Below are positions 1 through 13,844 of a stretch of 64,000 bases of DNA, piece after piece. The notes under the pieces are model-generated. The model was not told the DNA's origin. It ran no database searches and worked only from the letters and a program-made list of their open reading frames with translations. The DNA is from Somniosus microcephalus (Eukaryota), in NCBI GenBank assembly GCA_052327205.1, contig CM126205.1:254448001-254512000 (forward strand). Reading direction: 5' to 3'. The stretch's first letter is position 1, and every line of letters begins with the position of its first letter. The position numbers and the translations under genes were made by a program.

Positions 1-3000
1 ACTAAAAGATACAAGACGCTATACAGGCTTATATACCCGAGTGGTCACTACCGGTATTACAGTACACAGGGGCTCTTAAAGGTACATACACTACAATTCC
101 TCCCCTTTTAGATAATTAGTACATAACATTTTAAGTAATTATTAATTAACATGTTTACAAGAACAATAATCTACAGATTTGCTGCAGTTAATCAATTATA
201 AGTCAGTCTCTCTGGAGGCTTCCTGACTCGGTCCGGATAACGCCTCGGTGGTGTAGTAGTTTTCGGTGGTGTAGTAGGTTCTTTTGGCAAGGTTGATTCG
301 GCTTGAATGCCAGTGTCGGGTTCATCTGGTTCCAGTATCACCGGATCGGAGGTAGATACTATGGGTATCTCTGCTTCATCATTAGGCGTATAGAGTTCTG
401 GTGTAGGTTGTCCCTTTTCGGATGACTCTATGATCTGGTCAGCATGGCGCCTTATTATGCTTTCTCCAATGTCCACGGTATACATCAGCGGTCCTAGTCG
501 TGTGCAAATAGTTCCAGGCTGCCATTTCTCGGTACAGTAGTCCCGGGCCAAAACTTGTTGACCTATCTGGAAGGTTCTAGTTGGCCTTTCATTCATGCCT
601 TGAAATTGCCGGTTCTCTACGTCCCTTCTGATGTTTGGCTTGATCAAATCCAGCCGGCATCTTAGTCTTCTATTGAAAAACATCATGGCGGGAGTTTGGT
701 TTGTAACCACATGTGTTGCATTCCTGTACGCAAACAAGAAGTTATCTACCTTATGTTGTAGATTTATGTCTTCATTACCCATGGTCTTTATGGCCTTCTT
801 GAAGGTCTGGACAAACCTTTCAGCTAATCCATTGGTGGCAGGATGGTATGGGGCAGACGTGTAGTGCTTAACCCCATTGTTTTTTAAGAACTTCCTGAAT
901 TCTTCGGACACAAATTGCGGTCCATTATCAGAACAGATCTGTTCAGGCAGCCCATTCCTGGCAAATATGATCCTTAATACTGTGATGTTTTTTTCCGTGG
1001 TGGTGGAGGACATCTTAATTACCTCCGGCCACTTGGAGTGTGTATCAACCGCGATTAAGAACATTGAGTCCATAAATGGACCAGCAAAGTCGATATGTAC
1101 CCTTTGCCATGGAGATGAGGGCCACTCCCATGGATGTAGAGGGGCTTGTGGTGGGGCGTTTTGGACCTTCTGGCATCCTAGACAGCTCTTGGTCATTTCT
1201 TCGATGTCTCCATCGATACCTGGCCACCACACAAACGCTCTGGCTAGGTTCTTCATTTTCACTCCACCCAGATGCCCCTCGTGAAGCTCCTTTAGCACTT
1301 TATCCTGGAGTTTGGGTGGAATCACCAATCTGGATCCACACATCAAGGTTCCTCGGCACACTGACAGCTGTTCTCTTCTTTGCGAGAATGCTGGCAACAG
1401 TGGTTCGCCATGTGCTGGCCATCCCTTCACCGTTAAATCGTAGACTCGTGAGAGAGTCGGGTCATTTCTCGTTTCATTTTCAATGGTAGAATTTGTTACT
1501 GGTAGACATTCCACTATGGTTGAGTGGAACATCTCCACTGGGTCCACTGTAGGTGCCTCTTCTACCGTTGGCAACGGTAGGCGCGATAAACCATCAGCAT
1601 TCCCATGCTGTTTTGATCCTTTGTATTCTATGTCATATTGGTGTGCCCCTAGGAAAAGGGACCACCTCTGTAGCCTTTGCGCTGTCATAATGGAAACGCC
1701 CTTTCTAGGGTTGAATATGGAGACGAGGGGTTGATGGTCAGTCAACAAGGTAAATTTTTGTCCGTGTAGGTAATGGTTGAATTTCTTCACTCCCCATACC
1801 AGGCTGAGTGCTTCCCTGTCGATCTGGGCATAGTTACGCTCAGCTGAGTTCAATGAGCGTGACGCAAAAGCTATCGGCCGCTCCGAGCCATCAGGGAATC
1901 TATGCGATAATACCGCTCCTACGCCATAAGGGGATGCATCGCATGCCAGTCTGATTGGCAGTGATGGGTTGTAATGAGCCAATACTTCCTTGGACGTGAT
2001 CAAGCCTTTGCATTTATGGAAGGCACGTTTACAGTCTTCGCTCCATTTCCAAATTACTCCCGTTTGTAGCAGTGCGTTAAGAGGGTGCAGAACAGTTGAC
2101 AAGTTCGGTAAAAATTTATGATAGTAATTTATCAATCCCAGGAACGACCTTAATTGTGAGACATTTTCAGGTGCTGGGGCTTTTATGACCGCTTCAATTT
2201 TTTCAGGTGACTTATGCAACCCTTCTTCGTTAATTATATGGCCACAATATGATATTTGTTTCTGGAAAAATTCGCACTTGGGGCAATTTGCTCGTAGGCC
2301 CCGTTGTCTCAGCCTAGCGAGCACCTGCTCCAAATTGGCAAGGTGCTCGTTGTCATTTTATCCTGTTACAAGGATGTCGTCTAGGTAGCATTGAGTCCCC
2401 GGAATCCCTTGCAGGACTTGCTCCATAGCTCTTTGCCAGATAGCTGGAGCTGATGCTACTCCGAAAACCAGTCGATTGTACTTGTACAGGCCTTTGTGTG
2501 TGTTTATCGTGAGATACTTTTTAGAGGCCTCCTCAACCTCCATCTGTAGATATGCCTGTGCCAAGTCAATTTTGATGAAACGTTTCCCTCCGGATAGTGA
2601 GGCGAAAATATCTTCTATCCTCGGAAGAGGATACTGTACCGTGTGAAGGACCGGGTTTACAGTCACCTTGAAGTCCCCACAGATGCAAATTTTTCTCTGT
2701 TCTTCAGATTTATCATTATTCAACGTTTTCTTCATGACTGGGACGATGGGTGTTGCCCACTCGCTCCAATCTACCTTGGATAACACGCCTGCCTTTTCCA
2801 AATTCTCCAGCTCTGCCTCGACTGCTGAACGAATTGCGTATGGCACCGGCCTTGCCTTAAAAAACTTGGGAATTGCCGCATCTTCCACTTTTATTGAGGC
2901 GGTGACGCCTTTCAAGGTTCCTAGTTCCTGTTGAAACACTTCTTTGGCGTTGACCAAGATGTCTTTTAATCGTTCAGGTATGACGTCATCATTTTTTTTC

Positions 3001-4830
3001 TTACTGGTCACCGTCAGTGCCTGAATGGAGTGCCAGTCTAAACGTATCTTCCTGATCCATTCACGTCCCAACAGCGGTGGACCACCATCTTGCAGAACGT
3101 ATAAATACAACTTCTGTATTTCCTTGCCGTTGTATACAACAGGCACCCTTATTTTCCCTCTGGGGTATACTTTCTGCCCCGTATATGTCTTCAAGACAAT
3201 GGATGTGTCTTTCAAAGGTATATGTGGAAATAGCCGCTCGTAATCCCGTCGACTTATGACGGTCAGAGCTGATCCTGTATCTAGCTCCATTTTAACTGGG
3301 GACCCCGCTATCGTGAGGGTAACCCAAATGGTCTGGTAATCTTCTTTGGCAATTACATTATGTAATTTGAGACAGCTTAGTCTCTTGTTTCCGGAGTCGC
3401 TATCGCTCTTCTGGTCTTCGGAGCTACTGTCCGTCATCATTTGTACTTTTCTGTACTTTTCCTTATTGATTTTTTTTCTGTCAGTGGATTTTTTGTTTTC
3501 AGATCGGCATACACGTGCAATGTGTCCCATCTTTCCACATTGCCTGCATGCTTTGTCCTTGAACCAGCAGTCCCTCTGGTCATGGGTGAATGTGCCGCAG
3601 CGATAACATCTCTCGAAACCCCGTGTCATTTCATGGGTGCCGAAGTCCTGTGGCTTTTGCTGTATCTCTGCAGCTCCTCTTGCTGCTGCTTCGTATGATA
3701 CAGCCACACTGAAAGCCTTGTCCAGTGTCAAATCTTTCTCAGAAAGTAGCCTTTTCTGTGTTCCTTCACTTAGGAGACCGCAGACGAATTTGTCTCGTAG
3801 AGAATCTGCCAGTCCTGCCCCGAATTGGCAGTGCTTTGACAGCTTTCTTAATTCGGTGAGGTAATCAGCGTTACTTCCATTCTTGTGCTGATTCCTCCTG
3901 AAGAATTTGAATCGTTCCGCTATCAGCAGCGGTGTTGGGTTTAAGTGCTCCTGTAGGGTATCAACAATCTCCTTAAAATTCTTGTCTATCTGTTTGGCTG
4001 GAGTGATTAAGTTTCGTAACAGCCCGTATGTCCTTGCGCCCATCAGATTTAGAAGTACCAATGCCTTTTTATCATCCTCTACTTCATTCGCTGTGCAATA
4101 TACCTCCACTCTTTCCACATATGTGGTCCAATCCTCCATATCACTATCGAAAGCAGTAATATTGCCAGTCTTAGGCATCCTGAAAATCAAAAATGGCGCC
4201 TCCCGCGCTTTCCTTTCTTCCCTGCCGAGAAAAAATGGCGCCTCCCGCACTTTCCCGCCACTGCCACTGCTGACAACGCTGTTCTCCGCGGTTTTTATTT
4301 ACACAGATATTTTTAATAGTTGGAGACTCGTTCCCGCCGGACTCTCTGGGACTTTTCCCTCCCTCTGCTTGGTCCGAACGCCGACCTGCTTTGCAGCGCC
4401 GGCCGTCTCCCGAGTGCTCCACCCTCCGTCTCTGTTTGCCTCCGCCTTCCGACTCGCTGCTCGGCCCCGCTGCAGAGCCACCCGATCGAGCCCCAGCCCG
4501 CCGCCCAGGAAGGATTAGTGCAGTACCTGCCACCAGCCCGGCTAGCTGGTGAACTCAGTTTTTTTTCCTTTTTTTTCTTCGACCTTCGTCTGAGGAATCG
4601 ATCTCCTTGAGGTGCTGCCGAATTGCAGGTAAGTCCGTTTCCAATTCGTTGCCACTGTTGTATCCGTGTGTTAATGGAGACACGGAATGCAGGAGTTGGT
4701 TTAACAGGTGTTTACTGAACAAAGTCTGGAGGTGAACTAAAAGATACAAGACGCTGTACAGGCTTATATACCCGAGTGGTCACTACCGGTATTACAGTAC
4801 ACAGGGGCTCTTAAAGGTACATACACTACA
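1..4830 (-). mobile_element. Ty3/Gypsy (Mag-like) LTR retrotransposon, 3' LTR cut by the window edge
   Basis: 1-95 matches 4736-4830 (one mismatch seen). 5' LTR 4656-4830 reads TGTAGT...CAACA on the minus strand, followed by PBS-like TGGCAACGAA. PPT TAAAAGGGGAGGAAT at 96-110. Internal order gag-PR-RT-RH-INT. Confidence 0.95.
192..4178 (-). pseudogene. gag-pol polyprotein with a single in-frame stop (TAA at 2358-2360)
   Basis: Two CCHC knuckles, protease LDTGS, RT YLDD, RNase H LACDAS, integrase HHCC and SDNGPQF/AERFV. The two ORFs (2358-4250, 192-2333) are in the same frame. Confidence 0.92.
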
Positions 4831-5407
4831 GGTATCCCATACACTTTCTTAACTGCCTTATCAACTTGCCCTGCCATCTTCAAGGATTTGTGAATATGTA
4901 CCCCCAGGTCCCTCTGCTCTTGCACGCCGTTCAAAAAAGTATCATTTACTGCCTCACCATGTTGTTTCCCCCAAAGTGCAGCACTTCACACTTATCCACA
5001 TTAAATTGTGTCTGCCACTTGTCTGCCCATTTCACCAGTCTGTCTATATTGTCCTGAAGTCTGCTGCTATCCTGTTCACTATTTACTACGTTGCCAAGTT
5101 TTGTATCATCCGCAAACTTCTAAATTGTACTCCCTATCATAGAATAGTACAGCACAGAAGGAGGCTATTCATCCCAACGAGTCTGCACCAGCTCTTTCGA
5201 AGGGCATTCTAGTTAGTCCCACTCCCCTGCTCTTTCCCCACATCCCTGAATTTTTTTCTCCTTCAAGTATTTTATCCAATTCCCTTTTGAAGACCACTAT
5301 TGAATCTGTTTCCACCACCCTATCAGCCAGTGCATTCCAAATCCTAACCACTCATTGTGTAAAAAGTTTTTCCTCATGTCACCTCTGGTTCTTTTGCCAA
5401 TCACCTT
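4831..5407 (-). mobile_element. CR1 LINE fragments (ORF2 remnant plus 3' tail)
   Basis: Minus-strand translation RIWNALADRVVETDSIVVFKRELDK is typical of the CR1 ORF2 C-terminus; tail resembles other CR1 tails in the window. Confidence 0.75.
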
Positions 5408-6278
5408 GGACTGGATTTTACCAGCCCTGAGGAGGTGGGTTTGGAGGCGGGACTGCTGGGAAAGTGGGTAAAATTGGGAGCGGGTCCCAACCTCGCTCCC
5501 AGCCCTCCTCCGAACCATCTTCCCGGGAGGTGGGTCCCCGACTCGCGCAGGGACCCATCTCCTAGCGGCGGGGAGGGGATTAGAGACAATTAACTGCCTG
5601 TTAACAGGTAATTAACAGGCAGTTAAGAGGCTTTTCCCTATTTTCAACCTGCTGATGCGGCCTTCCCGACGCAGGAAACCCCGCCAGGGTCAGCGATGTC
5701 TGACGACCTGGCGCTATTTTCCCCTGATTGGCCTTGTTAAGCCCGCCCTGCGGGCTTGCCAGCCAATTAATGAAAAGCCAGTGTCAGATGATGTCAGTGC
5801 ATGACGCTTCATCTGCCGTTTTTTTAAAGTGATAGGCCCCATAACTTTTTAGATGATTTGACGGTGTTTGACAACATTGAGGTACAGTCAAACACTGACA
5901 ATCACTGTCCAAAGGTGAGCCCTTGCACCCAGGATCACCAATGATTCTCTTCTTAGGAAAAAACAGATGGCAGCTGCTTGTGAGATTGCAGAAGCCATCT
6001 GTCAATTCTGCCGATCAGATGAGGCTTCACAGAAACATCAAATCTTGTCACCTGCAGATACATATGAACAGAATAAAAATATTTCTCACCATATTCTCTC
6101 ACCTGTCATACTTACCTGTGTACCATTGCACCCATCACACTACCTCTGCAGCTGTTATTTGCACACTTACACCGCAGCAGACCCACAGCTCTCCTCACTG
6201 ACTCGCTCCCAATTTTTCCCATTTTCCCAGCAGTCCCACCTCCAAACCCGCCTCCTCTGGGCTGGTAAAATCCAGCCT
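5408..6278. mobile_element. Non-autonomous TIR element (PIF/Harbinger-like MITE)
   Basis: ~70-bp terminal inverted repeats (ggactggattttaccagccc... / ...gggctggtaaaatccagcct). Internal motifs (aactgcctgttaac, agcccgccc.gcgggc) shared with 48519-49363. Confidence 0.75.
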
Positions 6279-6334
6279 ATCACTTCAGCTGGGGCCAAAC
6301 TACTGTTTTATAAAGGTTTAGCATGACTTTAAAA

Positions 6335-9290
6335 AACATTTTTTTAAATTTGCTTATGGGATCTGGGCGTCGCTGGCAAAGCCAGCATTTGATGCCCTTG
6401 AGAAGGTGGTGGTGAGCCACCTTTTTGAACTGCTGCATTCCTTGTGGTGAAGGTATTCCCACAGTGTTGTTAGGTAGGGAGTTCCAGGATTTTGACCCAG
6501 TGACGATGAAGGACCGGCAATATACTTCTAAGTCAGGATGATGTGTGACTTGGAGGGTAACTTGGAGGTGATGGTGTTCCCATGAGCCTGCTGCCCTTGT
6601 CCTTCTAGGTGGAAGAGGTCGCGGGTTTGGGAGATGTTGCCGAAGAAGCCTTGGCGAGTTGCTGCAGTGCATCTTGTAGATGGTATACACTGCAGTCACA
6701 GTACGCCGGTGGTGGAGGGAGTGAATGTTTAAGGTGGGGGATGGGGTGCCAATCAAAAAGGCTGCTTTGTCCTGGATGATGTCGAGCTTCTTGAGTGTTG
6801 TTGCAGCTGCACTCATCCAGGCAAGTGGAGAGTATTCCACCACACTCCTTACTTGTGGCTTGTAGATGGTGGAAAGGCTTAGGGGAGTCAGGAGGTGAGA
6901 CACTCGCCGCAGAATACCTTGTCTCTGACCTGCTCTTGTTGCCACAGTATTTATGTGGCTGGTCCAGTTAAGTTTCTGGTCAATGGTGACCCCCAGGATG
7001 TTGATGGTGGGAGATGGTAATGCCGTCGAATGTCATGGGGAGGTGGTTAGACTCTCGCTTGTTGGAGATAGTCATTGCCGTGCACTTCTGTGGCACAAAT
7101 GTTACCTGCCACCTATCAGCCCAAGCCTGAATGTCATCCAGGTCTTGTTGCATGCGGGCATGGACTGCTTCATTATCTGAGGAGTTGTGAATGGCGCTGA
7201 ACACTGTGCAGTCATCCCCATTTCTGACTTTATGTTGGAGGGAAGGTCATTGATGAAGCAGCTGAAGATGGTTGGGCATAGGACACTGCCTTGAAGAACT
7301 CCTGCAACGATGTCCTGGGGCTGTGATGATTGACCTTCAATCACCACAACCATCTTCCTTTGTGCTAGGTATGACTCCAGCCAGTGGAGCGTTTTCCCCC
7401 TGATTCCCATTGACTTCAGTTTTACTAGGGCTCCTTGATGCCACTGTTAGATTCGAATTCGGGGAAACTCTAGACTGAGACGGAATTGAGAATAAAGTAA
7501 AAGTTTTATTAGTAAATAGCTAAAAAGCTTGTGCACAAGGGAGAGAGGCTGATTTCCCCAGAATCGAACCTTTCCTCTCAACAAAATACAATCTACAAGC
7601 CTTGATATACCTTTCGATAGGTACCGCCCATTAGGTTGCAAAAGTAGGCGTACACATACAAACAGCCTTATTGGTCACTCCCTTATTGGTTGGCGTGATT
7701 AGTCACTCAATGTCGGGAGCCGCCCTGAAGTGTTCTGACATACAGCATAACAGTTTCTAGCTTCTGTGAGCAAGGTCGCTTAATTCTTGAGATGATAAAC
7801 AATGTCCGCTTTTGGTTGCGAGCAGACATTACAAAGGAAGATAAGGTGTTTGAGGCAGAGATAGAAATGGCTGACTCCCTATGAAGTTCAGTTCCCCTTA
7901 TCTCTCAGAAGGCCAGCTGCATTAAACACTGCTTCTGTAACACTGATAACAACAAAGACAGAGACTAAGAGTCTAGTAAATATGTTATTCCCGCAGTACT
8001 TGGTTAATATGATGGTCAAGTATCCCATCATGCTTCGCAGCTACCTAAATGCTACATGTTCATTTTATATATATTTCCTAATACGTGAAGCTAAACATCC
8101 TTTGAGTGGTTTCTAGTACTACAGCCCTCCCTACAGCTTTGGTTAATATATTTAAAGACTAGAGGATTCAGGCTTTGATTCACAGGCCTATTTTTGCAAT
8201 CCAACACCACACACGGTCAAATGCTGCCTCGATGTCAAGGGCAGTCACTCTCATCTCACCTCTGGAATTCAGCTCCTTTGTCCATGTTTGGATCAAGGCT
8301 GTAATGAGTTCAGAAGCCAAGTGGTCTTGGCGGAACCCAAACTGGGCATCAGTGAGCAGGTATTGGTGAGTAAGTGCAGCTTGATAGCACTGTCGATGAC
8401 ACCTTCCATCACTTTGCTGATGATCGAGAGTAGACTGATGGGGCGGTAATTGGCTGGGTTGGATTTGTCCTGCTTTTTGTGGACAGGATATATCTGGGCA
8501 GTTTTCCACATTGTTGGATAGATGCCAGTGTTGTAGCTGTACTGGAACAGCTTGGCTAGAAGCGCGGCTAGTTCTGGAGCACAAGCCTTCAGCACGATAG
8601 CCGGATTGTTGTCGGGGCCCATAGCCTTTGCTGTATCCAGTGCGCTCAGCCATTTCTTGATATCATGTAGAGTGAATCAAATTGGCTGAAGACTGGCTTC
8701 TGTGATGGTGGCGACCTCGGGAGTAGGCCGATATGGATCATCCACTTGGCACTTCTGGCTGAAGATGGTTGTAAATGCTTCAGCCTTGTCTTTTGCACTC
8801 ACGTGCTGGGCTCCACCATCATTGAGGATGTGGCTATTCATGGAGCCTCCTCCTCCCATTAGTTGTTTAATGGTCCACCACCATTCACGACTGGATGTGG
8901 CAGGACCGCAGAGCTTTGATCTGATCCGTTGATTGTGGGATCGCTTAGCCCTGTCTAAAGCATGCTGCTTCCGCTTTTTAGCATGCCGGTAGTCCTGTGT
9001 TGCAGTTTCCCCAGGTTGGCACCTCATTTTTTGGTACGCCTGCTGCTGCTCCCGGCATGCTCTTCTACACTCTTTATTGAACCAGGGTTGGTCCCCGGCT
9101 TGGTGGTAACGGTAGAGTGAGGGATATGCCGGGCCATGAGGCTACAGATTGTGGTGGAATACAATTCTGCTGCTGCTGATGGCCCACAGCGCCTCATTGA
9201 TGCCCAGTTTTGAGTTGCTAGATCTGTTCTGAATCTATTCCATTTAGCACGGTGCCACACAACATGATGGAGGGTGTCCTCAGTGTGAAG
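6335..9290 (-). mobile_element. Non-LTR retrotransposon (CR1/L2 group), 5'-truncated and frameshifted, split by a solo LTR
   Basis: RT motifs NYRPISLLSIISKVME, FGFRQ, LDIEAAFDRVW, GVLQGSVLCP, MEYSPLAW. Same family as 20957-22122 and 53985-55135. Confidence 0.9.
7445..8206 (-). mobile_element. Solo LTR, 762 bp
   Basis: Begins TGTTAG, ends CCAACA, flanked by 4-bp duplication CCAC; the LINE is contiguous once it is removed. Minus strand carries two CCAAT boxes (~7670, ~7686) and AATAAA (~7505). Confidence 0.85.
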
Positions 9291-9740
9291 ACTGTTCTCT
9301 TGAAGTCTATTACTATAATCCTCACTGTTTACTACACTTCCAAGTTTTGTGTAAATTTTGAAATTGTGCCATATACCCTCAAGTCCAAGTCATTAATGCA
9401 TATCGAAAACAGCAGGGGTCCAAGTACTGAACCCTGGGGAACGCTACTGTATACTTCCCTCCAGTCTGAAAAACAGCCATTTCGCCACAACTCTGTTTTC
9501 TATCCCTTAGCTAATTTTGTATCCATGCTGCTACTGCCACTTTTATCCCATTGGCTTCAATTTTGCTAACAAGCCTAATAACTTTATCAAATGTCTTTTG
9601 AAAGCCCATATACACAACATCAACTGCCCTGCCCTCATCCACCCTCTCGGTTACCTCATCAAAAAACTCAATCAAGTTAGTCAAACACGATTTGCCCTTA
9701 ACAAATCCATGCTAGCTCTCCTTTATTAGTCCATGCTTGT
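9291..9740 (-). mobile_element. Decayed CR1 RT fragment
   Basis: Similar to CR1 RT stretches elsewhere in the window (gttagtcaaacacgatttgccc, aaatccatgc). Confidence 0.65.
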
Positions 9741-11138
9741 TTAGCATTTTACAAAAGTTTTCTCCTCGCAGATGTTCCAGTCCAATTTTTACATTTTATT
9801 TGTCTTTAGTCAGAATCAGATTAAAATTGTAAGCTTTTGTTGATGCTTGTTATGCTCAAGATCTGTTAAGCTTTACTGATCAACATTATCTTGCTCAGTT
9901 AGCTTCCATTACAGTTGGTTAATCCCAGCAGCCCAAGTTTCAATTCTTTTTAACTCCTTCCAATTTTCATTTGTATGTGGAATTTCAATTTCAATCAATG
10001 AATGAGAAAGTCTCAATAGGTTAATTATGTTATTCATCTATTTACTAATTATGTCTTGCCTTTTGCTAGAAGTGCTTGTAAATTCCATAATGCTTTCTTT
10101 CTACCGAGCCTAAATTCTTCCATAGTCCAAATCTAACCAGTGAAGAATTTGAGGGCCTAACCCTCATTTTAAATGATAAGCAAACTATTTTTCTGTAATT
10201 TGGTTGTATTATATGTCTTCATAAAGGCTTTTGTGAGTCATACTTAAATAAAATCAAATTATGCTATCCTTCTTGCCTTTATGATAGTATTTTATCAAAC
10301 AATATTGCAATAACATTGTCCAAACAATCAGTTTGGGAAATGGTGTAGCAAGAGTAGGAGGATTACCCTATGTTTATAGGTGCAGTATATTGGTTTAAAT
10401 GTTCCAAAAGTACAGAGCTGAAATTGTATTTAAAAAATAGCACTTTAAAAAAAAAATGAAATTGTCCTGCAAAGAAGTGTTAACTATTCGTCTCAAGAGT
10501 TAGTTATTGTCATTATTGCTGTACCTGTAGTATTTACCACAGCAAATCAGTTTATTATGTATATCATCAAAAAATCTAAACAATAATGCATAAAGCTTAT
10601 TAAACCTGATTTTATAAATATAAAAATATTTAATGTAGTAGGTGTGTTAATTTATTTCTGTGACAGGCTATTATTAAATTTGAATTGTGGGTAAAGCCCT
10701 TTCAAATTAACTGAATTTGCATAAATAAATTAGATCTCACAAGATAATTTTGGATTGAAAAGGCCCTTCGACCCATTTCATTTCATCCTTCCAGAATACC
10801 AAACCTACTATCTTCATATTACAGTATTTAGTTTTTATAAATGAATCCAGTGTCCTAGCCTTAACCTCCATTCCTAGCACCCTGTTCCAGCTGTTGATCA
10901 CCCTCTAATGACATACTTCCTAGCATCTGTCCTAAACCTGCACCTCAGAATCTAGAGCCTGTGCTCTCTTGTTCTGCAGTCCTGCATATCTGAAGGTATT
11001 GTCTAGGATTATTTTCTGTGTCCCATTAATTATCTTAAGATGCTTTTACATTATTGTTGTGTTTTGTTTGGATTGTGTGAGAACAGCACCTGCATGACAA
11101 AGTCAGTTGACAATATTGTCATCAGGGTAAGAGAAGCC

Positions 11139-11290
11139 GGGTGAATTTCCATGAGCATTCTCCCACTCGTCTGCCATAACTTTGGTGGAGGAGCCGTGGA
11201 AACAGCGTTTATGCCAATTTTCTGGGGTTTCTGCAGTTCTGCCGCAGTTACAGTGAATGGGTAAGAGAACCCTTATGGAAAATTGGGTTT
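11139..11290. mobile_element. Short decayed palindromic MITE
   Basis: Imperfect inverted symmetry (aatttccatgagcattctc ... gagaacccttatggaaaatt). Confidence 0.45.
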
Positions 11291-11532
11291 ATCAATGGTA
11301 ATGTGGATAGTCAGTACACAACCCGCAACCTGAATTAAATGAGTTCCAAAGTAGAAACACCTTTACATACCTCTAAGATCTCATTTGAAATGTCTCTTCC
11401 CAATTTACGTATTCATTCTTCATACTTAATTCCTTTAACACCAAGAATCAGCCTTGTAGCTTTTCTCCACATTGCCTCCAAATGCCTGGATGACCCTCTT
11501 ATGTAATGGTGACCAGAACTAATTAAAATAAT

Positions 11533-12301
11533 GGCTCAGATTTTGCTGTGAGCGGCAAAGGAACTGCTTTCACCATTCACCTTGTGCACAGACTTTTAGC
11601 AGACTTGTCAGCAGAGACTTCCAGTCATCCAGCGTCTATTTGAATTTGGCGCCCTCTACAGGGGATCTGTGGTGTCTGTGAGCAGAAAAGGCAGCTTGGC
11701 GGCTTTTCAACCAATCAGATTGAAGAATCCTCACTGAGACACGCAGACTGCAAAGCAGGAAGTAAAAAACAAAAATAGAAATTACATTTAAATCATTGTA
11801 CAGCTGGCGAAATAAAAATTGGGACATACACACGGGATTAAGGGAAAGACATAAAAGAGAAAAACAAAAAATATTTTTAAAATTATTATTTTTAAATTTT
11901 TTTTAAATCTGCAACATTAACTTTCTTCTGAGGGAATGAGACTCCGCACTTGTCAAATTAATTTTTCAGGGCCAGAGAGGTTGTACAACAGTAATTATTT
12001 CTTACTATGCCATTATAAAAACTCAGTTACTCCTGATTGTACAAGGTCTAACATTTTCATCTGTCTTTAGAGTGAGAATAGTGGGTAATTAGCCTAAGTT
12101 CACACCATCAAAATGACGTCTGTGCAGATTTCATCTGTGAAGACTGCAACACCACACCCTGTGGAGGAGCAGGGTATCACTGACAGCAACTTCCACGTTT
12201 AACTGCGCATGTGCGGATGCTAGAAGTTGCTGGCAGTTTTACCTTGTAATAATGGCGAGCGCTGATAGCCTCGCCATTATTAATACAGCAAAATCCAGGC
12301 C
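11533..12301. mobile_element. MITE with Harbinger-like TIRs
   Basis: ggctcagattttgctgt ... acagcaaaatccaggcc inverted termini. Confidence 0.65.
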
Positions 12302-13844
12302 ATTAAATCATTTAAACAATATTTAAGTTGCAAGTTGCTGAGACTATGTTGCATAAATTACTATTTTGATCAAGTGGGAGCTATATTTAGCCATGAAATA
12401 GTAAACTCAGCAACTGCATTGTATGCAGTTAGGAATCATTGAATTTCTTCCTCATTCTTTTATTCTTCCAGTACCTCTTTAAACATTAGGTCACCTATCA
12501 ACTTTGTGGGATCGGGAGGAAATTACTGACCTGGTTCCTTCTTCAGAAATATGCATTTGCTATCACTGTAAGGTACAGTAGTATTTGATACTGTGAAATC
12601 CACTTTGTATTAGGAATAGAATAGTTATGGAGAATCGATCAACATTCGCAATGAAGACAAGCCATTCCAAAGCTCACATTTCGGACACCTATACAAAGCA
12701 ATCCTATATGCAGGAAAGCACAGGTAGTAGTTTTTTTTTTAATATGAATATGAATTCCATTTGGTTGTGGAAAATACACGCCAATGCATTTTATATATAC
12801 TTTATAGACTTTCAGAAAGCTATTAAATAGCCTAAATTATATTTTCTTTAGTTTTAGAAATGTTATTTACTATAGCTTCCCCCATCCATTGATGGGCTTG
12901 CTGAAGGGTAAGTAGTATCAGGAAGCAATCTGTCGCAGTTGTCGCATAAAGAAAGTCAAAGAGATATAGTACTTTAGAACATTTGCATGCTGTAGGTTAG
13001 TGTATGTGTGTCATTTCTTTCTCTTATTTCCCCACACAATATGAACGCCACCTTGGGCTACTCTCCAGCTTCACCACTAATTTTCAGTTTTCCCATTTGT
13101 ATAGTCTGTTTGAAAATAAGTACATTTTCATTGGTTTGTTTTGGACTGAGCCTTTTGCATGCATTGACATTATCAAGGGTTGCTCCTCTTAAATTCTATC
13201 ATTCCTGATGCAGGAATTTTCTGATGGTCCGTGATTTGTGTTTTTGCTGCTCACCAACTAGATATAACTTATGAGGACTATAAAGGCGATCTCACCTTTT
13301 CATAATGAGTATGGCTTGATTGCAGTCAATGCTAGAGGTCATGGGAAATTGACTTGTAGAGGTTGAATCAGCCTTCCAAAGATGCATTGATTGAAGGAAG
13401 ATCTGGCTGAACATGAGTAAGCACCAAAGGTAACTGGGTCAGCTGGGCTCAAACTATTTCCTCCAGCATTGGATACAGTTTCTACCTAAGTTCAGGGATT
13501 ACATACATGAGCCTAGTATATTGGCTTTTGATTAAAGACATTGATACCACACGATGGGCATAGATCAGCTTTGGTCAAAGCTGTTGCTTCTGTATTTGCT
13601 CCTGTCACAAACTTTATTTATTTGTTCACGGAATGGCTGAATTTATTGCCCAGCCCTAAATGTCCCAATTTATTGCCCATCCCTAGTTTTCCCAAAAGGT
13701 TTGTGATGTGCCTTCTCCTTGAAACGCAGCAGTGCTTCTGGTGATGGTGCTCCTATGATGGTGTTTGGTAGTAAATTCTACATTTTTGACCCAATGGTGA
13801 AAAACAGTGGTATATGTCTAAGTTAGGATGATGATTGATCCTGA

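Noticed and set aside
2358-2360. Programmed stop-codon readthrough in the Gypsy polyprotein
   Set aside because: The stop lies inside RT just after YLDD, not at a gag/pol boundary, and the related element is open at this position; most likely a nonsense mutation.
631-4610. Many antisense ORFs over the retroelements (also over other TEs)
   Set aside because: Shadow frames of TE coding sequence, without independent evidence.
12860-12915. Possible small upstream exon ending in GG|gtaagt (a similar candidate ends at ~17564)
   Set aside because: Only splice-like motifs; no recognisable homology or phase support.
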